Shown here in pieces: positions 45,033-54,090 of a DNA stretch of 64,000 bases. Under the pieces are notes generated by a model. That model was not told the DNA's origin. It saw only the letters and a program-made list of their open reading frames with translations, and did not search any database. This DNA comes from Bdellovibrionia bacterium. GTDB taxonomy: Bacteria > Bdellovibrionota > Bdellovibrionia > Bdellovibrionales > JAGQZY01. The stretch's first letter is position 1. The number at the start of each line of letters is the position of its first letter. Made by a program: the position numbers and the translations under genes. Location of the stretch: positions 55,223-119,222 of the forward strand of contig JAUHWN010000001.1 in NCBI GenBank assembly GCA_030424665.1. Direction: 5' to 3'.

Positions 45033-45569
45033 TTGAAAAAACCGTTACATAGCAAAAAAGAGCAGTTCCTATTGTCTAGTAAAGGGCGTCTTATTGGCTG
45101 GGGTGCAGCTGACGTTAAAAATCTGATTAAAAATGCAAATAGAGCTAAAGCAGAAAAGTTACATGAAAAGAACAGAATCACCATAAGAGACGCGGAATGC
45201 GTTTTTGCCCTGGAATGGCTGGATTCCTTTGTTGAAAAAGGAATTACAAAGGCAGTCGTCGAAAAGTTGAACTCTCGAATTGCTCATGTCAGATATCATC
45301 ATATTCTGATGCATTCCCCGAAAGGAAAACCGTATTGGAGGTATGTAGCAAACGGTGATCAAATTGATGACCCAGAACTTTGTATTGCTTATGGGGTGTC
45401 TCATCTTTTGGCTTCTGGGGCACTTGATGGATTAAAAAAATGCCAAGTGAAAGACTGTCAAAAATTCTTTATTGGGAGGCCGAATTCTAAGTGGTGTTCC
45501 AAGTCTTGCGGTTCAAAATTTCGAGTTAGAAAGCAACGTGAAAGGAACTTCAATGACTACTTACTATAG
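45033..45569 (+). CDS. protein with C-terminal CGNR-type zinc finger
   Basis: 178 aa, TTG start. C-terminal CQVKDCQKFFIGRPNSKWCSKSCGSKFRVRKQRER fits C-x4-C...F...WCS..CG......R of zf-CGNR. The N-terminal part is not recognised. Confidence 0.5.
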   Translation: MKKPLHSKKEQFLLSSKGRLIGWGAADVKNLIKNANRAKAEKLHEKNRITIRDAECVFALEWLDSFVEKGITKAVVEKLNSRIAHVRYHHILMHSPKGKPYWRYVANGDQIDDPELCIAYGVSHLLASGALDGLKKCQVKDCQKFFIGRPNSKWCSKSCGSKFRVRKQRERNFNDYLL

Positions 45570-45575
45570 AAACAA

Positions 45576-46502
45576 TTACTTTTTCCAATCATCAACATAT
45601 TTCTCATAGTACCTGTTTAGCCTTTTGTACCTTTTGAGCAACTTTAAGCTCTCTTTATCAGTATGTGGTTTAAATTTTTCAATATTTTCATTAATCACAT
45701 TTTGGATAGGATCCAAGACATCTCTGAAGTAGTCAGATATTTCGAAGGCGCCAATCGCATACTCTAGAGAGGCTGGCCCCAAATAGTGCACCATCAGCAA
45801 ACCATCTTCATCCTCTACTATCCAATCCCAACTTCTTCTTGCGATACTCTTGCAGTATCTTTCTACAACTTTGTTATCAAAGTTTATTCCCTCAAAATAC
45901 CTTAGGAACTTTACCAGTCCATCCCCAACAAGTACACGTGGATACAGAGCCATTTTACATTCAAGTGTGTAAGCTCTATTTAGAACCGGTCCATAAATTT
46001 CATCTTCATCTGGATCGACTTTTATTCCGCCTTCTATTTCTATACCTCCTCTGATGGGAAACCCTTTGCTTAGGTAAAGTGGCGTAATCATCCCAACAGA
46101 GGCCAAAATTCCGTGAACACTATTTAAAACTTGAGCGTACATCATTTCATTTTTGGGTTGAATGGGTGACCAAACGATCGTGGTATCTGAAAAGCTTTGT
46201 AGCCTAATTTCTGAATGACTCCTCATCTCTGTAAATTGATCTTTGATCTCAGGCGGTATCGTAATAGAGGGCTCGTGGCTCATGTACGTATTAAAATAAT
46301 CCTTAAACGAATCTCGGAAAGAACGAATTGCGCCGACAGTGTTCGTAAGGACTGGAAGAAGTCTGTTCATTGTCTTTTCTGGGTCAACAATATTCTCTAG
46401 GATCCCATCTATTTCCTGCAGCTTCTCTTTTTGACCTAACAAATCTAAGAAGGCCACTATATGGTTGGAGTAATTAAACTGTCTTGAATCCGACTCTATC
46501 AT
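45576..46502 (-). CDS. stand-alone protein with class III nucleotidyl-cyclase / GGDEF-type palm-fold-like core
   Basis: 308 aa. HIVAFLD20LLGQ, FSD106TTIVW, PIR151GGIEIEGGI...IYGPVLNRAYTLECKMALYPRVLV occur in the order and spacing of cyclase homology domains. The C-terminal ~100 aa are unassigned. Confidence 0.4.
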   Translation of the reverse strand: MIESDSRQFNYSNHIVAFLDLLGQKEKLQEIDGILENIVDPEKTMNRLLPVLTNTVGAIRSFRDSFKDYFNTYMSHEPSITIPPEIKDQFTEMRSHSEIRLQSFSDTTIVWSPIQPKNEMMYAQVLNSVHGILASVGMITPLYLSKGFPIRGGIEIEGGIKVDPDEDEIYGPVLNRAYTLECKMALYPRVLVGDGLVKFLRYFEGINFDNKVVERYCKSIARRSWDWIVEDEDGLLMVHYLGPASLEYAIGAFEISDYFRDVLDPIQNVINENIEKFKPHTDKESLKLLKRYKRLNRYYEKYVDDWKK

Positions 46503-46629
46503 ACTTTTGTACTCACTTTACTCTTTATTTTGTATAAGACATTGCCCTTAATCACTATATCACCAAAAATTTAGAACTCAATTTCGATACAAATCAAACA
46601 TGGCTGTCCTGCTATATCTCCCTTGAAAT

Positions 46630-46712
46630 CCATCTAAATTCAGTTAAATATAGTAATCTGACACTCTCTTAATGACCCGTAAGCCGTTATAAAGAAACTG
46701 CGCTACTCCTTG
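46630..46712 (-). pseudogene. degenerate fragment of a second four-helix-bundle gene
   Basis: 46657-46702 matches 41147-41192 at 43/46 nt. The minus-strand translation KE*RSFFITAYGSLRECQITIFN* has an in-frame TAG and a premature stop. Confidence 0.65.
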
Positions 46713-46724
46713 TAAAAGTAAGTC

Positions 46725-47189
46725 TCAAGAATCTAGCTTGCCTTCTTTTTTGAGTGACTGAATGATTCGATCGAGTGAACCAAGAAACTGAGATCTTGCT
46801 TTTTTGTCCATAGGAGCCGGGCCCCCTTTTGCTTCTCCAGTTTGCCTCAGTGTCTCCATAAGCTCCCTATTTGAAACCGCTATACCAATATTATCTTCTG
46901 TAAATTCGTTACCTTTGGGCCCAAGAACTCTTACTGATTTTTTAACACATCGATCAGCTAATAAAATGTCACTTGTTATTACTATGTCACCCTCTTCAGA
47001 ATTTTCTACAATCCAGTCGTCGGCGGCATCAAATCCTCCATCTACAACAATTAACTCCAATAAAGGGTTCAGTGGTAGATTCATATATTGATTCGATACT
47101 AGAATGACAGATAAATTGTAACGTTCAGCCACACGGTAAACTTCTTTTTTAACAGGACACGCGTCAGCATCGATATAAATTTTAGTCAT
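46725..47189 (-). CDS. YaiI/YqxD family protein (UPF0178, DUF188)
   Basis: 154 aa. [23 protein letters not shown]... is the family's typical N-terminus. Confidence 0.85.
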   Translation of the reverse strand: MTKIYIDADACPVKKEVYRVAERYNLSVILVSNQYMNLPLNPLLELIVVDGGFDAADDWIVENSEEGDIVITSDILLADRCVKKSVRVLGPKGNEFTEDNIGIAVSNRELMETLRQTGEAKGGPAPMDKKARSQFLGSLDRIIQSLKKEGKLDS

Positions 47190-47284
47190 AGAAATTCACT
47201 TTCCGAGAAATTCAGGATAAAAAATTCTAACTGCAGATCTTTAAGGCTGCAACCCGATGTGCGATTTAAAAAGGTTATCAAACT

Positions 47285-47737
47285 ATGTCGAGAGAACAAA
47301 TAAGAGTTAACGTTCGTCAAGCACATCAAAGTGATTACGAGAGCTGGGCCACCTTAAGGAGTCAATTGTGGCCCTCCCTTTCTAAAGACGAACATTTACA
47401 AGAACTAATAGACCTTGAAGGTGAATATTATAAAGGCTGGATTGCCTCATACGAAGATCAGGATATTGGATTCATTGAATCCTCCGTTAGAGCTTTTGCC
47501 AATGGATGTGATCATCGCCCCGTCGTTTTTCTAGAAGGTATATGGGTTCATCTAATGCACCAAGATAAAGGGGTTGGCCACTCCTTACTTTTAAATCTCG
47601 AAAAATGGGCGACAGAAAATGGGTTTAAAGAAATTGGCTCAGATACAGAACTAGAAAACCTTAAGTCTCAAAAGGCTCATATTAAATGGGGCTTTCAAGA
47701 GACTGAACGTGTCGTCTACTATCGGAAAAAGCTGTAA
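47285..47737 (+). CDS. GNAT N-acetyltransferase, AAC(6')-I-like
   Basis: 150 aa. VRQA...D...W..LR.QLWP and the acetyl-CoA loop QDKGVGHSLL. Confidence 0.7.
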   Translation: MSREQIRVNVRQAHQSDYESWATLRSQLWPSLSKDEHLQELIDLEGEYYKGWIASYEDQDIGFIESSVRAFANGCDHRPVVFLEGIWVHLMHQDKGVGHSLLLNLEKWATENGFKEIGSDTELENLKSQKAHIKWGFQETERVVYYRKKL

Positions 47738-47753
47738 ATTAGGAATATTCGTA

Positions 47754-48170
47754 ATGAAAATAGAACGAGTAACAATTGAAAACTTGGCCGATGCTCAAAA
47801 CTTTTATTCTTCAGTGGGCTACTATTCTGAAATACAACCAGACGATATCGTTTTCAGCGCCAAGGATGACGACAAAATTATTGGTATTGTGAGGATTGCA
47901 CCTGAGGAGGGAGCTCTTGTCCTTCGAGGAATGATGATTGCGGAATCACATCAAAGAAAAGGCATTGGTACCATGATGATCAAAAGATTGGAGCAATCCA
48001 TAGGGGAACAAGATTGCTTTTGTATCCCACATGACTGGCTCGAAGGGTTTTATGGACAAATTGGTTTTAAGAAAATCGAAGACGGCCTCGCCCCTTCTCA
48101 CCTACAAGAAAGAATTAAAGAGAACAGACAAAAGTATCCTCACTTGATTATGATGAAAAGATCTGTCTGA
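47754..48170 (+). CDS. GNAT family N-acetyltransferase
   Basis: Start set at ATG 47754. HQRKGIGTMMIKRLE acetyl-CoA-binding motif. Confidence 0.7.
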   Translation: MKIERVTIENLADAQNFYSSVGYYSEIQPDDIVFSAKDDDKIIGIVRIAPEEGALVLRGMMIAESHQRKGIGTMMIKRLEQSIGEQDCFCIPHDWLEGFYGQIGFKKIEDGLAPSHLQERIKENRQKYPHLIMMKRSV

Positions 48171-48235
48171 ATAGAAATCAATTCTGGTGGGGTACCAAAG
48201 GAACCCACGCCACTTTCTAAACTCCTGGAGGCCTA

Positions 48236-48655
48236 ATGCACAAAGGTTCATGTATATGCGGCAAAATAAAACTTGAAGTCAAAGGTGATCTAAAACCCCT
48301 CCATGCCTGCCATTGCTCGATCTGCAGAAAAGGCTCTGGTCATATTGGAGCTGGAACTGATGTACCGCGAGAAAACCTAAGAATATATGGTGAAGAAAAT
48401 ATCACTTGGTTCAAAAGTTCCGATTGGGCTCGACGAGGATTTTGTAAACACTGTGGAGCCAATCTATTTTTTGACCCTATTGATAAAGAGAAGGTTTCAT
48501 GGATCGGCGTATCAATGGGGGCTTTTGACGGTGCAACCAATGTCAAAATACAAGAACATATCTTCGTTAAAGATAAGGGTGACTACTACGATCTTACGGA
48601 TGGGTTACCTAGAAACACTGTCTATCCGGGTCATAAAGATAACGAAGTTATTTGA
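48236..48655 (+). CDS. GFA-family (glutathione-dependent formaldehyde-activating-like) CENP-V domain protein
   Basis: 139 aa. GSCICGKI, CHCSICRK, FCKHCG zinc-binding Cys pattern. Confidence 0.8.
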   Translation: MHKGSCICGKIKLEVKGDLKPLHACHCSICRKGSGHIGAGTDVPRENLRIYGEENITWFKSSDWARRGFCKHCGANLFFDPIDKEKVSWIGVSMGAFDGATNVKIQEHIFVKDKGDYYDLTDGLPRNTVYPGHKDNEVI

Positions 48656-48761
48656 TCGGTTAAGCTGACTAATACCCAAATCCGTACCTTCATCCCTACG
48701 AAATGGCTTGTCAGCCTCACAAGACCGTTCTTTAATGGAAAAACCAAAAAAAGGATTTTTT

Positions 48762-48950
48762 ATGAAAACTATGTCATGTGACCTATGTGAATCTGAGTTC
48801 TCCGCCGAGACTTTCGAGGAATGGTTCAATCAAATGAAAGAACACTACATGTCTGATCATGCGGACTTTATGAAAGAGGCACAGAATAAATCAAAAGAAG
48901 AGGGCATGAAGTGGATGGCCGATATGAAGGCAAAGTTTGAGTCTCTTTAG
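48762..48950 (+). CDS. small DUF1059-like protein
   Basis: Start set at ATG 48762 (AAGGA RBS). MKTMSCDLCESEFSAETFEEWFNQMKEHYMSDH resembles the DUF1059 layout. Confidence 0.4.
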   Translation: MKTMSCDLCESEFSAETFEEWFNQMKEHYMSDHADFMKEAQNKSKEEGMKWMADMKAKFESL

Positions 48951-48962
48951 GTTGGAGGAATA

Positions 48963-49370
48963 ATGGAAATTTCAATTCAAACAAAAGTAAATGCACCCAT
49001 TGAAAAAGTTTGGTCTGCTTGGATCACCCCAGAAGATGTTCAAAATTGGAACTTTGCTTCTGACGACTGGGTTTGCCCCAAGGCGCAAAACAATTTTGCA
49101 GTGGGAGAGAGATTCAGCTATCGAATGGAAGCTAAGGACGGATCCATGGGTTTTGATTTTGAAGGTACCTACACATCAATTACTGAGCACCAACTGATCG
49201 AATATAAACTCGATGATGATCGTAAGGTAAAAATCACATTTGAAAAATCAAATGATGGCACTCTCGTCGTCGAGACCTTTGATGCAGAAGACGAAAATTC
49301 TGCAGAAATGCAGAGACAAGGCTGGCAAAATATCCTCGATAATTTCAAAAAGCATGTTGAAAAAATTTGA
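48963..49370 (+). CDS. SRPBCC-superfamily protein (AHSA1/START-like)
   Basis: 135 aa. I.A..EKVW.AW..PE....W plus GG.F.Y.M...DGS..F.F.G.Y pattern. Confidence 0.7.
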   Translation: MEISIQTKVNAPIEKVWSAWITPEDVQNWNFASDDWVCPKAQNNFAVGERFSYRMEAKDGSMGFDFEGTYTSITEHQLIEYKLDDDRKVKITFEKSNDGTLVVETFDAEDENSAEMQRQGWQNILDNFKKHVEKI

Positions 49371-49377
49371 AATCACT

Positions 49378-50334
49378 ATGAAGTATAAAACCGTTACCGA
49401 ATACATTGAGACTCAACCTGAAAATAATCAAAAAATCTTAAGGGAGTTACGAATCCTCTTAAAAAAGGCGTACCCAAAAGGCGTGGAAAGTATAAGTTAT
49501 AATGTACCTGCACTTTCTCTAAAAGATGATGGAAAACGAGACTCACAGGTCATGTATGCCGGTTTCAAAAAGCACATCGGTTTCTATCCCTTCCCGACTA
49601 CAATCGAACACTTCAAGAAGGAGCTCATAGACTACAAAACGGCAAAGGGCTCAATACAGTTTCCTGTCGACAAACCACTTCCCAAAAAGCTCATAACTAA
49701 GATGGTCAAATTTAGGGTTAAAGAACTACAGAAATCGAATTCAGACAAACGAAGTACTACTTCGAAAGTAGATATATTTATTAAAAATTCAAAACGCTGG
49801 AAACAAGAAATAGAGGCTCTCAGAAATATTTTGCTTAAAACAAAATTAGAAGAAGAGTTTAAGTGGTCAAAGCCTTGCTACAGCTTTGAGGGAAGTAACA
49901 TTGCCATAATTCAACCTTTTAAGTCTTGTTTGGGATTCATGTTTTTTAAAGGGTCGTTACTGAAGGACCCTAAGAAGTTACTAGTTGATAATGGACCCAA
50001 CTCTCAAGCGGCCAGACGACTCGAATTTGAGTCCCTTTCTGAAATCAACAAACAAGCCCCCATTCTAAGAGCTTATATTAAAGAAGCCATTTCCATCGCA
50101 ATATCTGGTGATAAGGTTAAATTCAAGAAAAAGCCCGAGCCAATGCCAAAAGAGATGAAGGACTATTTTAAAAAGAAACCTAAAGTAAAAAAAGCATTCG
50201 AGGCCCTTACTCCAGGCCGCCAGCGCGGTTACATACTTCACGTTTCGAGCGCTAAACAATCCGCAACTAGGCAGTCACGAATCGAAAAATGTACCGATAA
50301 AATCCTTTCAGGAAAAGGAATCAGTGATCGATAA
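49378..50334 (+). CDS. DUF1801 (YdhG-like) domain fused to YdeI/OmpD-associated domain
   Basis: Start set at ATG 49378 (MKYKTVTEYIETQPE...). The upstream part of the track ORF overlaps the SRPBCC gene. C-terminal ...LTPGRQRGYILHVSSAKQSATRQSRIEK is typical of YdeI. Confidence 0.65.
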   Translation: MKYKTVTEYIETQPENNQKILRELRILLKKAYPKGVESISYNVPALSLKDDGKRDSQVMYAGFKKHIGFYPFPTTIEHFKKELIDYKTAKGSIQFPVDKPLPKKLITKMVKFRVKELQKSNSDKRSTTSKVDIFIKNSKRWKQEIEALRNILLKTKLEEEFKWSKPCYSFEGSNIAIIQPFKSCLGFMFFKGSLLKDPKKLLVDNGPNSQAARRLEFESLSEINKQAPILRAYIKEAISIAISGDKVKFKKKPEPMPKEMKDYFKKKPKVKKAFEALTPGRQRGYILHVSSAKQSATRQSRIEKCTDKILSGKGISDR

Positions 50335-50379
50335 GAAAAATCCTATAGTACATTTAAAAACAAGAAGGACTTAAATTCT

Positions 50380-51195
50380 ATGTCAGAAAGTAAACTACCG
50401 GTTGCCTTTGTTTCCCATGGGGGTGGGCCGTGGCCAATCCTTTCACTTGATGGCTTTAACGAGCCCGAGAGACTGAGTTTATATAATTACATGAAAAGCA
50501 TTAGCCAAACTCCAAAGATGCAACCTAAAGCGCTCCTTGTTATTTCAGCCCATTGGGAAGAGTCAAAATTTACCATTAACACAAATCCCAATCCCGAATT
50601 ACTATACGACTACTATGGATTCCCTCCCAAGGCCTATGACTTTGATTGGCCGGTAAAAAATGATCTTTCAGTCGTTAACGAAGTTAAAATGGCTCTTAAT
50701 ATTGCTGGTATCGGGTTTAATGAAGACGATCAACGAGACTATGACCATGGGATTTTTATTCCATTGATGCCTGCTTATCCAGACGCTGCAATACCTGTTA
50801 TACAAATCTCGTTAAATGCTAACCTGAGCCCAGAGGATCATTTCAATTTTGGGTCAGCCATGGCACCTTTAAGAGAAAAAGGCATCTTCATAATTGGTAG
50901 TGGAAATTCCTATCACAACGTGCGAAGTATGTTCAAACCTTCCCCAAAAGCAATCAGTGCTTCTAAAGAATTTGACGAGTGGCTGAAGGCGACATTGAGG
51001 TTAAATGCAGATGAACGCAAAAAAGCAATTTTAAACTGGGAAAATGCGCCGGGAGCTAGGGAATGCCACCCGAGAGAAGAGCACCTTATTCCATTAATGG
51101 TTATTATGGGAGCTGCTAAAAATGACGCCGCCAAAATAAGTTGGACTGGAACCATAAATGGCACTTCAAATACGGCATTTCATTTTGAAGGCTGA
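50380..51195 (+). CDS. class III extradiol ring-cleavage dioxygenase (LigB family, YgiD/4,5-DOPA dioxygenase-like)
   Basis: 271 aa. PVAFVSHGGGPWP, ISAHWE, DHGIFIPL, HPREEHLIPL. Confidence 0.85.
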   Translation: MSESKLPVAFVSHGGGPWPILSLDGFNEPERLSLYNYMKSISQTPKMQPKALLVISAHWEESKFTINTNPNPELLYDYYGFPPKAYDFDWPVKNDLSVVNEVKMALNIAGIGFNEDDQRDYDHGIFIPLMPAYPDAAIPVIQISLNANLSPEDHFNFGSAMAPLREKGIFIIGSGNSYHNVRSMFKPSPKAISASKEFDEWLKATLRLNADERKKAILNWENAPGARECHPREEHLIPLMVIMGAAKNDAAKISWTGTINGTSNTAFHFEG

Positions 51196-51253
51196 TTCTA
51201 TGACTAGCGTGAGGAATTACTGGCTGACATAAAACTCTAAACTGAGTATAAAT

Positions 51254-51733
51254 GTGACTATGGCCCTAGACATCGAAATAATAGACTACTCCCCCGAGTT
51301 AAAAGAGAAATTCTATACTATAAACCAAGAATGGATTAACTCCATGTTTGTCATGGAGCCCGCTGATGAGCGAGCGCTCCTAAACCCGCAAAAAGAAATC
51401 ATTGATCCTGGTGGGTATATTTGGTTTGCCCGCCATAAAGAGTTAGGTGTCGTAGGAACCTGTGCACTTATGAAAAAAGGCGACACAATGTATGAGCTAA
51501 CTAAGATGGGTGTTCTTGAAAAGGCTCGAGGACTAAAAATCGGTGAAAAACTCTTAAAACATGTTATCGATTTTGTTCGAGGCAATAAACTTGAATGCTA
51601 TTTACTAACCAACGCTGATTGCAAAGCTGCTATTCATCTGTATGAGAAAAATGGCTTTGCACATGACGACATAATAAAAAAAACCTACGGTGCCAGTTAC
51701 GATCGATGCAATGTCGCCATGCGATTAAAATAG
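51254..51733 (+). CDS. GNAT family N-acetyltransferase
   Basis: 159 aa. ARGLKIGEKLLKHV acetyl-CoA motif. ATG 51260 is an alternative start. Confidence 0.75.
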   Translation: MTMALDIEIIDYSPELKEKFYTINQEWINSMFVMEPADERALLNPQKEIIDPGGYIWFARHKELGVVGTCALMKKGDTMYELTKMGVLEKARGLKIGEKLLKHVIDFVRGNKLECYLLTNADCKAAIHLYEKNGFAHDDIIKKTYGASYDRCNVAMRLK

Positions 51734-51778
51734 ATTCCTTTAAAAATATTAGACGAAAAACCTCCCAGAAAGCCCATC

Positions 51779-52483
51779 ATGACCGCTAACAAAAAATACT
51801 TCCCTCTTTTGCCCCACGGATCTCTAAATGAAGTCCTCCCAAATATTTTCACAGTAACCGGGACGATGAAATTATTTGGTCTATTCCAGTACTCTCGCGT
51901 TATGACGATAATTAAAAATGGGAGCGATCTTGCACTACTTCATCCTGTAAGAGTCGATGAGAGCCTCCTTAGTGAAGTCAGTAAACTTGGTAAAATTAAG
52001 TACCTTTTAAAAATTGGACAACTTCATAATGTAGACGTTTCATTTTATATGGATCAGTTTTCGCCTCAACTTTGGGCGAATAAGGACGATCCTTCAATTA
52101 AAGAACATCGTGTTGCTGGTTATTTTGACGACTTCGAAACCCTTCCCTTTGTAGATGCTAGAGTCAAGGTCATTGAAGGTTCTAAAATTAAAGAGTCGAT
52201 TTTGGTTACAAACTCCGACAAAGGCTGTCTCCATTCCTGTGACGCATTTGTTAACATGGGGGTCGATGCAAATCACAATTGGTTGACGGCAACTCTTAGT
52301 AAGTTTTTGCCTGATCCTACCTACATAGGACCAAACTGGGTTAAGGTAGCCAAACCGCCCGAATCTTCGATGCGAGAACTGCTGAATTTTGAATTCGAAA
52401 ATTTCGTTCCCGCCCATGGCGCACCCATTATTGGAAATGCCAAAGAAAAACTGAGTAAGTATGTCGAGGCCTACTATTCGTAG
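51779..52483 (+). CDS. hypothetical protein
   Basis: 234-aa ORF with plausible coding composition. Family not recognised. Confidence 0.45.
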   Translation: MTANKKYFPLLPHGSLNEVLPNIFTVTGTMKLFGLFQYSRVMTIIKNGSDLALLHPVRVDESLLSEVSKLGKIKYLLKIGQLHNVDVSFYMDQFSPQLWANKDDPSIKEHRVAGYFDDFETLPFVDARVKVIEGSKIKESILVTNSDKGCLHSCDAFVNMGVDANHNWLTATLSKFLPDPTYIGPNWVKVAKPPESSMRELLNFEFENFVPAHGAPIIGNAKEKLSKYVEAYYS

Positions 52484-52858
52484 ATGAACTAGTTTGGTTG
52501 AGTGCATCCGCCACTATTAAGTCGAAATTTTTTCCTCTGTCTTGAGGAAAATATGGACAATTTCGACCCATTCAAATGTATTTTCTTGATACAGGGATCT
52601 TTTTGACCAGGAATTTAACAGTTTTTCTAACTTTCAAAAAGTATGAATTTTATAGCTATTCTATAGCCTTAGAAGAATGAATCTTCCGTTTTGATAATTT
52701 GTTCTGGAAGTTGAAAGAAAGTGTAAAACTCTTGGCAATGAAAGATTGGTTAACGAAAAAATTTTTCCCAAAATTCACAAAAAATTGCCTAGGCTTAAGT
52801 CTGTAGAGAAACAAGAATTCTAAAATTCAGAAATCGGTACGTTGTTGGGAGAAAAAAT

Positions 52859-54040
52859 ATGATTCAATGGAATCAATCCAGTTTTATTCGCTTTATCATT
52901 GCCAGTCTAACAGGCTTCCTTTTAGCCGCATGTAATGGTTCACAAGAACAGTCTACCAGTTCAACAAGTCCCGACACTGATAAAATCAAAGATGAAATCG
53001 CAGCCCCTTTCAATATGAATCAATACAAAATTAACCAAATCGTATGTGACCCCATGTCTGAACACAACGAAAACGAAGACCCAAAACTGGGTGTTCGCGC
53101 GCAACTCTACTGGTTAGCAGCCGGAGATCGCTACTACGATGTGAATGAGTATATTGAATTCGGAATCGAAGCCGAAGAAGATCTCTTCTTTTCAAGTGTC
53201 AATGTACCAACACGTCGCTTTGAAATAGGCTTTCCAAAAGAAACCGGTGACCTGATTCAAAATGACCTCGGTGAGGACCTTATTGAATACTTCGCTCTGC
53301 GCTTTGATGGAGAGATTCAGCTTTCTTCTGAAGACGAAGAAGGTTGGTATGAGCTTGGTATACTTTCTGACGATGGAACGATCCTAAAACTTAATCTCGA
53401 TGAAGAACTCGGATTACAAACAGTAATCGATAATAACGGTGACCACCCCACCCGGTTTGGTTGTAGTGATCAAGCTCTTATCAACTTAAGCCAGGGTCAG
53501 AAAATTCCTTTTGTATTAGACTACTATCAGGGGCCGCGTAATCACATATCGAATATGCTCTTGTGGAGAAAAGTCGATGTAGGCCATAGCGCCGGCAACG
53601 ACCCCCTCTGTGGTGTACAAGGAAACCACAAATACTTTGATCCCGACAATAATTCCGACCCCAAGCAGGGATATTTAGACCTACAAGCTCGCGGTTGGAA
53701 ACCATTGGAGTCTGGAAACTTTGCCATCAAAGAGGATGATAGTCACAATCCATGTAATCAGGGTGTCGCTCCGATCATCAGCAATTTTAAGGTCGAAGAA
53801 GATCTCGACTACGGGATCAATGTCTCTTGGGAAACAGATATCTACGCCACCTCCCAGGTGCGAATCGTAAATCAGAACACTGGTGAAGAAACTATTACTG
53901 ATTCGGACAACGTCCTAAGAAAAGTCCACTTTGTTCGAATTTTTCCTGAACAGAACGTGCCTTTGATCATTCAGGCAGTTTCTGTATCAGAATCACTTGG
54001 TAAGGCGATCTCTGAGCCAATCACAATTGTATGGGAGTAA
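52859..54040 (+). CDS. lipoprotein with PA14-like and C-terminal Fn3-like regions
   Basis: 393 aa. Lipobox FLLAAC. FALRFDGEIQL...GWYELGILSDDGTILKLN resembles the PA14 core. Confidence 0.5.
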   Translation: MIQWNQSSFIRFIIASLTGFLLAACNGSQEQSTSSTSPDTDKIKDEIAAPFNMNQYKINQIVCDPMSEHNENEDPKLGVRAQLYWLAAGDRYYDVNEYIEFGIEAEEDLFFSSVNVPTRRFEIGFPKETGDLIQNDLGEDLIEYFALRFDGEIQLSSEDEEGWYELGILSDDGTILKLNLDEELGLQTVIDNNGDHPTRFGCSDQALINLSQGQKIPFVLDYYQGPRNHISNMLLWRKVDVGHSAGNDPLCGVQGNHKYFDPDNNSDPKQGYLDLQARGWKPLESGNFAIKEDDSHNPCNQGVAPIISNFKVEEDLDYGINVSWETDIYATSQVRIVNQNTGEETITDSDNVLRKVHFVRIFPEQNVPLIIQAVSVSESLGKAISEPITIVWE

Positions 54041-54090
54041 ACTAGAAATTTTATAGACATTCGTAAGGGACCCGATATAGGGTACCTAAC

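Larger units (their letters stand above)
40974..46712. mobile_element. integrase-less genomic-island remnant / accessory block at the ssrA 3' end
   Basis: Starts right after the tmRNA CCA. Contains a 15-nt copy of the tmRNA 3' end (41525-41539). Genes alternate in orientation and spacers are long. Bounded by an intact and a degenerate copy of a four-helix-bundle gene. No integrase or transposase seen. Confidence 0.45.

Noticed and set aside
40974-46712. Active prophage, ICE or transposon interpretation of the ssrA island
   Set aside because: No integrase, recombinase, transposase, capsid or conjugation genes are recognisable. Only att-like and gene-fragment repeats remain, so it is described as a remnant or accessory block rather than an active mobile element.
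49240-49377. Upstream extension of the DUF1801/YdeI ORF
   Set aside because: The extension overlaps the 3' end of the SRPBCC gene in another frame. The family-typical N-terminus begins at ATG 49378.
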